NCBI GenBank assembly: GCA_002435915.1
Contig: DIWY01000002.1
Span: 86,006-150,005, forward strand
DNA from: Christensenella sp. UBA6094
Lineage (GTDB): Bacteria; Bacillota; Clostridia; Christensenellales; UBA6094
Reading direction: 5' to 3'
Length of the DNA: 64,000 bases
The notes beneath the pieces are model-generated. The model had not been told where the DNA came from and did no database searches. It saw only the letters and a list, made by a program, of their open reading frames with translations. The stretch's first letter is position 1. Each line of letters starts with the position of its first letter. A program made the translations under genes and the position numbers. Positions 27,092 to 35,744 of this stretch are shown piece by piece.

Positions 27092-28627
27092 TTAGTCCTC
27101 ATCATCAAAATCATGGATAAGCTTTGCAAAGTCTGTCTCGCTATAACTGTGCTGATCGTAGGATTTTGTTGTAGTAGTGCGTGCAGGCGAGCTGTGTTCT
27201 TTTTTTAGAGCATTTTTTGCAAGTGAAACGCTATTGATACCGCTAATACGCCAGTTTTGCAGTATGCCGTCAATCTTTTGCAGTTTGTTGTTTTGAGTAA
27301 CAACCTGTTCTGCCGCAAGTAATATTAATTCTATTGGAAGCTTCCAAAGAGTTGTCCATTTAGTGTACAGTGTGCGAGCTGAAGGTGAGATGCTTGTGTC
27401 AAGCCCTGCTCTTTCGTAGACAACTTGCAAGTCGTCGTTTAAAATATCTTTCTGTTTCATCTGCGCTTTTATAAGTTCTGGCGAAACTAAGCCACTTGTA
27501 AGATAATCTTTTAGCTTAGTATCAAGAGCTCTAATTGCCTTGTTGCCCTCGAGTATGCACTGCGAGGTGGCAAGCAATACTGCATCATGCGAAAATTTCC
27601 ATTCGGTAGTCCATTTATCGTACATGTCTTTGTACGTTTTGTTTGGGGTGGATCTAATGCCAAGCTCAAAAAGAACTTCACTAAGACCTTCTTTATATTT
27701 GCTATCGCCACTTCTGGAAGCGCTTATATCGTTCTTGGTAAAAAGCCCTTTTTTGTAGTAGCCGTGCAGTATTGTATCAAGATAGGCAAAAGAGGGAGAA
27801 GTCGTTTTTGCGGTGTCAAAGCAGGCTTCAAGTATTGCGTCTTTGCTAAAGCCCCACTGATTTATCCATTTTTCATACAGTGCTTTTTCCGCTTCGGATG
27901 GCATTTTGTATACGCCGATAGCTTTTAGCACTTCTCTCGCTTCGGATTTTTTTGCGTTTTGAAACTCTGCGTATTCCTGAGCTTCTTCGATCGTCGTAAG
28001 ACCCATTTCAGACCAGGACTGAGCTACTTTGCTGATATAGGCGAATGATATCTTTTCGCCTTTTGAACTAACCATATAAGAGGCTAGATATATTGCTGTT
28101 TCCACAGGTAGACCATATACTTCGATCCACTCATCAGCTTTTTCGTAGTCGCTACGCGAAAGCTCTTTTGTGGAAAAGATCGCTTGAAGCTCACTATGAT
28201 AATGCTTATATTCGGACAGCTCTTTTGGCAGATTGTCTTCATCATAATCCGAGTCTTCGTAATCCAAGTCTTCTTCGTATTCTTTAACAGGCTCTTTTTT
28301 GGCAGTACGGACGGACAACCTTCTTACTTTTGACTGCTTTTTTGCGGACTCTTTACTGTACTGATCGTCCATATTAAATGAAAGCGCAGAGTTGCTCATA
28401 GCTTCGAAATAGCCTAGAGCTTTTAGTACGGTATCTTTGTTTATATTTATTGCGTCTGCAATTTCATCTAGCGTAAAAGCAGAGCCGATGGAAGTTTGCT
28501 TGAGAAAGAGCATATAGACGTAGATTTTCACATAATCGCCAGGGATTTTCTTGATTTCGTTCTCAATAAATGACATAGAAATAGGTACTGTTCTATTATC
28601 CTTTTCATTGTTAAAGCGTATAACCAC
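27092..28627 (-). CDS. DnaD/DnaB(Bacillus-type) domain replication initiation protein
   Basis: 511 aa with a GTG start and AAGGAG upstream. It has a winged-helix N-terminus and at least three repeats of the DnaD-like C-terminal module (YEKWINQWGF / YDKWTTEWKF / YTKWTTLWKL). The pairing with dnaI matches the Bacillus dnaB-dnaI operon. Confidence 0.75.
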   Translation of the reverse strand: MVIRFNNEKDNRTVPISMSFIENEIKKIPGDYVKIYVYMLFLKQTSIGSAFTLDEIADAININKDTVLKALGYFEAMSNSALSFNMDDQYSKESAKKQSKVRRLSVRTAKKEPVKEYEEDLDYEDSDYDEDNLPKELSEYKHYHSELQAIFSTKELSRSDYEKADEWIEVYGLPVETAIYLASYMVSSKGEKISFAYISKVAQSWSEMGLTTIEEAQEYAEFQNAKKSEAREVLKAIGVYKMPSEAEKALYEKWINQWGFSKDAILEACFDTAKTTSPSFAYLDTILHGYYKKGLFTKNDISASRSGDSKYKEGLSEVLFELGIRSTPNKTYKDMYDKWTTEWKFSHDAVLLATSQCILEGNKAIRALDTKLKDYLTSGLVSPELIKAQMKQKDILNDDLQVVYERAGLDTSISPSARTLYTKWTTLWKLPIELILLAAEQVVTQNNKLQKIDGILQNWRISGINSVSLAKNALKKEHSSPARTTTTKSYDQHSYSETDFAKLIHDFDDED

Positions 28628-28897
28628 CGTGCACCCACTCCTTGAATTTCACATTATTCGTGTACTTACTAATATACCATAAATTGCTCATATAAAAAAT
28701 GACAAATTAATATGATTTATCATTTAAAAAACGTATCTATTGCAAAAACACTTATTCAAATGGCGCAGAGAAAGAAATGAACGTGACATCAAAAAATGCA
28801 TGAGAAGGCAAATAGAATTAGCAAGAGTAAAGGCGAATAATAAATTGGCTGAATTAACCATATACTAATACAGTAATAAAATAGCGGAGGAAAGATT

Positions 28898-30583
28898 ATG
28901 CAATACGCTACAAAGATAAGGCGAATAGTAGCCGGAACATTAGCCGCTACGCTAATGTTTGTTTCTGGTTGTACGGCATCTAACAATTCAGCCACAACTA
29001 AGCCAACAGCAAGCGCAGCTACGGAAGCAAAATCGCTTATCAGCCAAGGCAAGATAGATTTAAACGGAACCGCTACGGCTACTGTTGATTTGACCAAAGA
29101 CTCGCAAAAGAGAAATAAATACGTGCTGGAGCTAAGCCTCGATGTTAACCAAAAGACAATTACGGGCAAGCAGAGCGTATCGTATATAAATAATACGGAC
29201 ATATCATTAAGCGAAGTGTGTTTTCATTTATACCCAAACTCATTTAAGACAGAAGAAAAAGTGCCAGTAGCTAGCAGTGAGAAGAAGCAGGCGTATCCTA
29301 ACGGATTTTCGTCCGGGTATATTACGCTGACATCACTAAAAGCTGGCGGCCAGAAAGCTAGTTTTACAATAACGGGAGAAGACTCCAGTGTACTAAAAGT
29401 TAAACTGCCTACTGCGCTTAAAAAAGCAGAGCGTGTAACATTTGAGTTTGAATACACGGTTAAACTGCCAAATTATCTTGGAAGATTTGGGTATGGAGAA
29501 AAGTCGTATAATCTATGCAACTTCTATCCAATAGCATCTGTATACGATGAGCGTGGCTTTAACAACGACCCGTACTACGAAGTAGGTGATCCGTTCTACA
29601 GCGATGTTGCTGACTATAGCGTTAAGCTTACTGTGCCATCAGGATTTACGGTAGCTACTAGCGGTGTGATAAAAAACGAAGAAAAATCGGGCAACAATAA
29701 AGTGCTAACAATCGAAGCTAATGCGGTTAGGGACTATGCAGCCGTTGTGAGCAATCAGTTTAAGTGTATAGAAAAAAAGGTAAATAATACAACCGTATAC
29801 TCGTACTACTATGACTCTACGGACGATGCGTATGGAAAACTTGCGCTAACAACTGGAGCTCAGTCTATTGAGCTATACGAAAAGCTTTATGGAGATTACC
29901 CGTATAGCACGTTTTGTGTTGTGCAGACGGACTTTTACATAGGCGGTATGGAATACCCAAATATCATACTGATAGATCAGTCCTTATATGAAGGCGGAAC
30001 GTATGGCGAAATGATACTAAAATACGTTATTGCGCATGAGACTGCGCATCAATGGTGGTACGCAATGGTTGGTAATAACGAAGTGCTTGAACCGTGGCTT
30101 GATGAAGCGCTCACGGACTTTACAACGCAGCTCTATTTCAGATACTATGAAACGGCGAAATACGCCGATGCGGTTTATGATGCGCAAGTAACATATCCAT
30201 ATACCTACTACAAAACGTATCTGAATGAGACACTTGCTAAAGTTGACAATACAACGAAACACTTTGGGCAAATGTATGTGGATATGCCAACATACTGGTA
30301 CTATGATAATACTATTTACTCGATATTGGTTTATAGCAAAGGTGTTAAGATATTTGATGCAATACGTGCTGAGATGGGCGATCAAGCGTTTTTCACAGCG
30401 CTGCGTAAATACTACAGTGATAATGCACTTGGAAACGTGAGCAAGGATGATTTAATAAGCGCTTTTTCAAAAGCAAGTGGTAAAAACATGGCTGACTTTA
30501 TAAACGGGATGCTCAGAGGAGATTTGCCTAGTGAGAAAGTAAAGACTATAAATACAACTTACATATATAAAATAGCAGCATAG
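28898..30583 (+). CDS. M1-family zinc metallopeptidase, lipoprotein
   Basis: 561 aa with a lipobox (FVSGC), the gluzincin motif HETAHQWW and a downstream WLDEA glutamate. Confidence 0.85.
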   Translation: MQYATKIRRIVAGTLAATLMFVSGCTASNNSATTKPTASAATEAKSLISQGKIDLNGTATATVDLTKDSQKRNKYVLELSLDVNQKTITGKQSVSYINNTDISLSEVCFHLYPNSFKTEEKVPVASSEKKQAYPNGFSSGYITLTSLKAGGQKASFTITGEDSSVLKVKLPTALKKAERVTFEFEYTVKLPNYLGRFGYGEKSYNLCNFYPIASVYDERGFNNDPYYEVGDPFYSDVADYSVKLTVPSGFTVATSGVIKNEEKSGNNKVLTIEANAVRDYAAVVSNQFKCIEKKVNNTTVYSYYYDSTDDAYGKLALTTGAQSIELYEKLYGDYPYSTFCVVQTDFYIGGMEYPNIILIDQSLYEGGTYGEMILKYVIAHETAHQWWYAMVGNNEVLEPWLDEALTDFTTQLYFRYYETAKYADAVYDAQVTYPYTYYKTYLNETLAKVDNTTKHFGQMYVDMPTYWYYDNTIYSILVYSKGVKIFDAIRAEMGDQAFFTALRKYYSDNALGNVSKDDLISAFSKASGKNMADFINGMLRGDLPSEKVKTINTTYIYKIAA

Positions 30584-30610
30584 AAGCTACAAGCTAATAT
30601 ATTTTAAAAG

Positions 30611-30633
30611 ACTACCTTAGGGTAGTTTTTTTA
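30611..30633 (+). terminator. Rho-independent terminator after the M1 peptidase gene
   Basis: ACTACC-TTAG-GGTAGT followed by a run of seven T. Confidence 0.75.
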
Positions 30634-30658
30634 TTGTGGATAAGATGGGATTTTTAGA

Positions 30659-31545
30659 GCGACTCTGTAAGCGACTCTGTAGTCGTCTCTGGGAGCGTCT
30701 TTGAAGTGCTTTTGCAAGTGCCTTTGGGAGAGTCTCTGGGAGCGTCTTTGCCGGTCGGCTCTGTAGTCGGCTCTGTAAGCGACTCTGTAAGCGACTCTGT
30801 AAGCGACTCTGCAAGTGCCTTTGGGAGAGTTTCTGAGAGCGTCTTTGCAAACGACTTTGTGAGTGGCTTCGGAGGCTAGCGCATAAGCGTTGCGCATTTA
30901 TTTTTTCTTGCGTATCTAAGTTCGCTTTCACTGTACTTTTTTAGAAAAAGTACCAAAAATCGCCGACTGTGCTCCATCCGAAAAATGCAATTCCACACGC
31001 TCGCGCAGGTTTTATAAATCGCCTTTAAGTTTGCTACAGAGCTATTTATTAGTTTGCAAAAAATAGAGCTTATGTTTTCTTCTCATGCTACAGTTTTTAA
31101 TAGGTGACTTAAAGGCTCTATAAAACATTCTGCACGCTCGCGTAGGCAGGTTGCATTTTTCTCCTTCCGCTTAAGGTCGGCTTCTTTTTTGTTGGGGCTG
31201 GTCTTTGAGGGCGATGGATAGGTTAGGGTTGGGCGATGAATAGGTTAGGGTTGGGCTTTGAGGGTGGCTTTTGGGGTGATGGATAGATTAGGGCAGGGCT
31301 TTGGGGTGGCTTCGGGGTGATGAATAGATTAGAGCTGGTCGTTGAAGGTGGCTACGGGGTGAAGAATAGGTTAGGGTTGGGCGTTGCGGGTGGATTTGGG
31401 GGAGAATGTTGGGTGGGCTTTATGGAAGCCTTTGCAAATTCTTTGTAGCGTTTTTGTGAGCTTCGTTGTGAGCGCCTTTGAAGGTGCTGTTGGAGTGGCG
31501 TTGCGAGCGAAGTTGGGATGGTAAAGCTAAGGGATGATGCAAACT
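30659..31545 (+). repeat. Family-2 composite repeat, copy B (left array 30659-30880, core 30881-31192, right array 31193-31545)
   Basis: The left array holds 18 units in strict 12-nt phase, including GCGACTCTGTAA three times in a row. The core has three nested stems. The right array holds units of about 11 nt of the GGGCTTTGAGGG / GGTTAGGGTTGG type. Confidence 0.9.
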
Positions 31546-31786
31546 GTTATAGTGAAGTTCGTTAACATTTTAAAAAGAGGCGGGCATGGCAGAGATGCTT
31601 AAAAATGCTGTGTTGTTATCAATCTTATCTAGCGAAAACGCTAAAATGCTAGCTTGCTTAAGAAGTATGTCAGATGATAAGATAATGATAATAACTATTG
31701 ATTTTATTTGTAGAAAAAGACAAAATAAAGTAAGCAAAATAGAGAAGCGAGGTTGCTATCTCTTTAATGGCTTAGGAGCTATTGCT

Positions 31787-33841
31787 ATGGATTATATTAA
31801 AAGTCATAAAATACTTTCTGGAGCAGTCATCTTTATGGTGCTTCTTTCTGCGCTCTATTATTTTAGACTTACGCCACTTTCGAGCGATAGCAATCCTGCA
31901 AATGTAATAACTAAATATTATGAGAATTTATCTTACTTAAAGTATAGTGACAGCTACGAGCTTCTTTCTGCTTCTTCTCAAAAGAAAATTACTAAAGAAA
32001 ATTATATGGAAAGATATAAGAATGTATACGATGCCATTGAGCTTAAGGGCATCACGTATTTAGATATCGTAAAAACAGGCGAGACGGATACGACGGCTGT
32101 CTACACCATGAAATATAAATACGCAACAGGAAAAGCTGGCGATATTGAAAACGAAATAAAAATCACTTTAGTTAAAGAAGGCTCAGTCTGGCGGATAACA
32201 TATGCTCCCAACCTGATTTTTTCGGGTATGGAGGATAACGATACTGTTTCTGTATACTCAACTCAAGGCGTAAGAGGCGATATTATAACTCAAGATAAAA
32301 CGGTGCTAGCTACAAACGTAAAAGGATATTCGCTATATGTTAACCCAAAAGAAATCACTAACAAAGAAGCGGCTGCGGCTGCAATAGCCAAAGTTACTAA
32401 CACAAACGAAAGCAATCTATTAAAAAAGCTGCAATCGGACACTAGTTATATTGAAATAAAACTTTTAACGCCACAACAAGCAGTAACGGCAGAGGCAATC
32501 AATGCTGCAAAAATTACAGGCGTCTATATTAAACAGGTGGATACGCTAATAAGAAACTATCCACAGGGCGAGCTTATGGCGCACGTAATAGGCTATGTTG
32601 GTTCGCTGAGTACAGAGGAATATGAGAGCCTTAAGGACAAAGGATATTCGCAAACTGACGTTATTGGAAAATCGGGTCTTGAAAAAGAATACGAGGATAC
32701 TCTCAAAGGAAGCCAAGGTTTTGTTGTAGCAATTTATGGCGATAACGGCAAAGTGAAAAAGATAGTTTATAAACATGAAGCGCAACCGGGTAAAGATGTT
32801 TGGCTGACTATCAACGGCAATTTGCAAAAGCGCGCGCATGATATACTAAAAACCAAACTTGGCGGCACTAATATAAAAGGGTCTGTCATAGTTATAAACC
32901 CTAAAACAGGTGAAGTGCTGGCGATAGAGTCTTACCCAACTTTCGATGCGAATGTTTTTTTGGGTAGCATTTCTGATGCGCAGTGGAAAGCACTCACTGC
33001 AAACAACTCTCTTTTCTCGATAGCTACACAGGCATTGTATCCACCTGGGTCTACTGTAAAGCCGTTTATTGCTGATGCTGCACTAAAAGCAGGAACAATT
33101 ACTGTAAATTCTGTTTTCAATGGAAAGATCGTAAGCAACAAATGGACTCCAGATAGGTCTGACTGGGTTTATCCTGCCATAACAAGAGTAAAAACTCCGG
33201 CGACAGTCAACAATCTTACAAACGCACTTATATATTCGGACAACATTTATTTTGCATGGGTGGCAATGAATCTTGACTTGCAAAAGCTTTTATCTGAATA
33301 CGAAACTATGGGCTTTTCTAAGGCATTTGATTTTGATGTGCCTGTTGCTACCTCACGGTTAAAGAACGATGAAACAGTAATAAATATAAAAATACAGGCA
33401 GATATGGGTTATGGACAAGGCGAGCTACTTGTAACTCCGATACAGCTTTCTTCGATGTTTGGTGCTTTTGCAAACAATGGCACTATCATGAAACCATATA
33501 TGCTCAAAGCCGTTAAGCAAAAAGATGGCATTACCTACAATACGGTAAGCACAACTGAGCCAAGTATACTGCAAGAAAACGTAATAGCTCAGGATAGCTT
33601 AGCTGTTTTAAGACCAATATTAAAGCAGGTAATAACTCAAGGTACAGGCGTTGGCGCAAATATTTCGTCAATATCAATTCTTGGTAAAACGGGAACAGCG
33701 CAGATATCAAAAACGAGAGAAATAGGCTGGTTTGCGGCATACTATGAGAGTGGAGATAGACTCGTGCTTGTTACGCTTGATGGTACACCGGACGAAGTAA
33801 AGGTAAAAGGTTCTATAGCAAGAGAAATGCTGCAACCTTAG
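31787..33841 (+). CDS. Penicillin-binding protein (class B transpeptidase with NTF2-like MecA_N domain)
   Basis: ORF 31586..33841 trimmed to MDYIKSHKIL with AGGAG upstream. It has a TM anchor, an NTF2-like N-domain, and the transpeptidase motifs STVKP, a SDN-like YSDN and KTGTA. Confidence 0.85.
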   Translation: MDYIKSHKILSGAVIFMVLLSALYYFRLTPLSSDSNPANVITKYYENLSYLKYSDSYELLSASSQKKITKENYMERYKNVYDAIELKGITYLDIVKTGETDTTAVYTMKYKYATGKAGDIENEIKITLVKEGSVWRITYAPNLIFSGMEDNDTVSVYSTQGVRGDIITQDKTVLATNVKGYSLYVNPKEITNKEAAAAAIAKVTNTNESNLLKKLQSDTSYIEIKLLTPQQAVTAEAINAAKITGVYIKQVDTLIRNYPQGELMAHVIGYVGSLSTEEYESLKDKGYSQTDVIGKSGLEKEYEDTLKGSQGFVVAIYGDNGKVKKIVYKHEAQPGKDVWLTINGNLQKRAHDILKTKLGGTNIKGSVIVINPKTGEVLAIESYPTFDANVFLGSISDAQWKALTANNSLFSIATQALYPPGSTVKPFIADAALKAGTITVNSVFNGKIVSNKWTPDRSDWVYPAITRVKTPATVNNLTNALIYSDNIYFAWVAMNLDLQKLLSEYETMGFSKAFDFDVPVATSRLKNDETVINIKIQADMGYGQGELLVTPIQLSSMFGAFANNGTIMKPYMLKAVKQKDGITYNTVSTTEPSILQENVIAQDSLAVLRPILKQVITQGTGVGANISSISILGKTGTAQISKTREIGWFAAYYESGDRLVLVTLDGTPDEVKVKGSIAREMLQP

Positions 33842-33866
33842 GCATAAATTTCAGGAGGATATCAAT

Positions 33867-34736
33867 ATGGATGGGTCATATAATCTTTTTCAGACAGGGT
33901 TTACTTGGGCAGCGATGTCTGCTTTGCTCTTTGTAATTCTCAAAGTTGCAGTCATTATAGGTTTAGGAGTGCTGGCTATAAGAATCGCTGATAAGTTTGT
34001 CGATTTGTTTGTAAAGAAAAGGAACGCAAATAAAGATGACGCGATACTAAAAAAATCTATTACACTAGCAAATATATTCAAGAGCATAATAAAATGGTTT
34101 GTGTATTTTATAATTATTATGTCCGTGCTGAGCGAGTTTGGCATGGGTACAGCCGCTTCCTCTATTCTAGCTACAGCTGGAGTTGGTGGTTTAGCATTAA
34201 CATTTGGTGCGCAGAACCTCGTTAAAGATATGGTAACTGGCGGATTTTTACTCTATGAAGATCAGTACAAGATTGGCGACTATGTTAAGGTATCTGGTGT
34301 TGAAGGGTATGTTGAGCATGTTTCGCTTAGAGTAACAAAAATACGTTCACCAAAAGGCGAGTTGTTTTTCGTGCCTAACGGGCAGGTTACGATCGTGACA
34401 AACTTATCTCGTGGCAACTATAATGCTTCGGTTGAAGTTGGTGTTTCCTACAGCACGCCTATTAATAAAGCGATTGAGTCTATGGAAAGAGCAGGCAAAG
34501 TTTTTGTTGAGCAGGTAGATTATTCTGCAGGTGAGCCTAAAATTCTGGGAGTTACAAAGCTTGGCGATTATTACGTAGCTATTAAAATGCTATGCCCAGT
34601 TAAGCCTATGCATCAATTCGAAGCTGAAAGAACACTGCTTAAGCTAATAAAAGAGCAGTTTGATAAAGACGGCATAGAGATACCTTTCCCAACATACCTG
34701 ATTAAGGAAGAAGCGAAGGAAGAGAAAAATGGATGA
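33867..34736 (+). CDS. mscS: Mechanosensitive ion channel protein (MscS family)
   Basis: 289 aa with three TM segments and the conserved pore-helix/beta-domain region (GAQNLVKDMVTGGFLLYEDQYKIGDYV). Confidence 0.85.
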   Translation: MDGSYNLFQTGFTWAAMSALLFVILKVAVIIGLGVLAIRIADKFVDLFVKKRNANKDDAILKKSITLANIFKSIIKWFVYFIIIMSVLSEFGMGTAASSILATAGVGGLALTFGAQNLVKDMVTGGFLLYEDQYKIGDYVKVSGVEGYVEHVSLRVTKIRSPKGELFFVPNGQVTIVTNLSRGNYNASVEVGVSYSTPINKAIESMERAGKVFVEQVDYSAGEPKILGVTKLGDYYVAIKMLCPVKPMHQFEAERTLLKLIKEQFDKDGIEIPFPTYLIKEEAKEEKNG

Positions 34737-34923
34737 GTTTGAAGTTGGCGATGTAGTCATAATGAAAAAAGGGCATCCGTGCGGCGAGAACAGATGGCAC
34801 ATAATTAGAACGGGTGCTGATGTTAAAATCAAGTGTTTGGGCTGCGGACGAATTATCATGCTACCACGCCAAGAGTTTGTCAAAAAGCTAAAAAAAGTAG
34901 AGCAAAAGATGAACGAAGCATAA
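34729..34923 (+). CDS. DUF951-family small protein
   Basis: 64 aa. MKKGHPCGENRWHIIRTGADVKIKCLGCGRIIMLPR matches the DUF951 pattern as I recall it. Confidence 0.7.
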   Translation: MDEFEVGDVVIMKKGHPCGENRWHIIRTGADVKIKCLGCGRIIMLPRQEFVKKLKKVEQKMNEA

Positions 34924-34947
34924 CTAAAATAAAAAAATGAATTAAAG

Positions 34948-34988
34948 CAAGATTATTACACTATTTATTTAATAATCTTGTTTTTTTT
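34948..34988 (+). terminator. Rho-independent terminator
   Basis: CAAGATTATT (loop) AATAATCTTG followed by a run of eight T. Confidence 0.7.
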
Positions 34989-35034
34989 ATAGTATAATAT
35001 ATCCAAATATAAGCAAATGTATTTGGAGAAAAGA

Positions 35035-35733
35035 ATGAATATTAACGAAAAAAATGTGTGGCTTGATACTCTTACACAGAAACTTATAGAGTGCTTTGGA
35101 AAAAGGCTTCTTTTGATTGCGCATGTTGGGAGCTGGGCGCGCGATGATGCAAATATAAACAGCGATATCGACGTAAACGTTATACTCGATACGGTTACGC
35201 CTATGGATCTACTAAAATACCGACAGATAGTAAGCGCTATGCCTAACAGTGAGCTGGCGTGTGGCTTTTTGGGAAGTAAAGCCGAAATGGACATCTGGCC
35301 AAAGTATGATCTTATGGCTTTTTACTACGGATGTGAGGTTCTCTACGGAAGCGTTTCGGGAGTTATCCCAATGGTATCCAAGACGGATATATTTGATAAC
35401 GTCATGATTGTGCTTTCTGGCATAAATCATGAAGCAAGACACAGCATTATCTACGATAAAGATCTAAAAGAAGCTGCCGACGCCGCTAAAGGACTGTTTA
35501 AAGCGGCTTTTTTCGTAATACAGGGCTGGTATTTGCTAAAACAGGGTAAATACATCGGCAAAAGAAGCGAACTGCTTAAAAAGGAAATAACGAGCGAAGA
35601 TGCGCTTGTGCTCGCTAAGTATATTAGTTGGGACGAAGCTGAAAGTGATCCAATGGAAACGCTTGACGCTCTAGAGCGCTGGAGTAGTCTGATGTTTAAT
35701 CGTATGGAAAAACTTAATTTACAAATTAAGTAG
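35035..35733 (+). CDS. Nucleotidyltransferase-domain protein (aminoglycoside/streptogramin NTase-like fold)
   Basis: It carries the GSWARDDANINSDIDVNV signature (GS...DxD) of Pol-beta-type NTases. Start chosen at MNINEK with GGAGAA upstream. Confidence 0.65.
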   Translation: MNINEKNVWLDTLTQKLIECFGKRLLLIAHVGSWARDDANINSDIDVNVILDTVTPMDLLKYRQIVSAMPNSELACGFLGSKAEMDIWPKYDLMAFYYGCEVLYGSVSGVIPMVSKTDIFDNVMIVLSGINHEARHSIIYDKDLKEAADAAKGLFKAAFFVIQGWYLLKQGKYIGKRSELLKKEITSEDALVLAKYISWDEAESDPMETLDALERWSSLMFNRMEKLNLQIK

Positions 35734-35744
35734 GGAGAATGATA

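Noticed and set aside
30635-30643. A perfect DnaA box TGTGGATAA at the edge of family-2 copy B
   Set aside because: It is a single isolated 9-mer 25 kb from dnaA. About 0.5 such matches are expected by chance in 64 kb on two strands, and there is no cluster.
30617-30931. A tetrapeptide-repeat protein (LQSR or YRVA repeats) encoded on the minus strand of the copy B left array
   Set aside because: Two overlapping frames are open only because the 12-nt unit lacks stops. The homologous arrays in copies A and C do not keep a frame, and no RBS is present. Translation is not strictly excluded without proteomics.
30985-31120. Mini-ORFs conserved in the family-2 core (MQFHTLAQVL-type 10 codons; MLQFLIGDLKAL-type 12 codons)
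   Set aside because: They are present in all three copies but have no Shine-Dalgarno sequence, and one start is GTG in copy C. The substitutions are not biased toward synonymous changes. Conservation is equally explained by the nucleotide-level stems they overlap.
30659-31545. A CRISPR array interpretation of the tandem arrays or of the dispersed palindromes
   Set aside because: The units are 11-12 nt and directly abutting, with no unique spacers. The family-1 copies are kilobases apart in different intergenic regions. No cas genes are present in the window.
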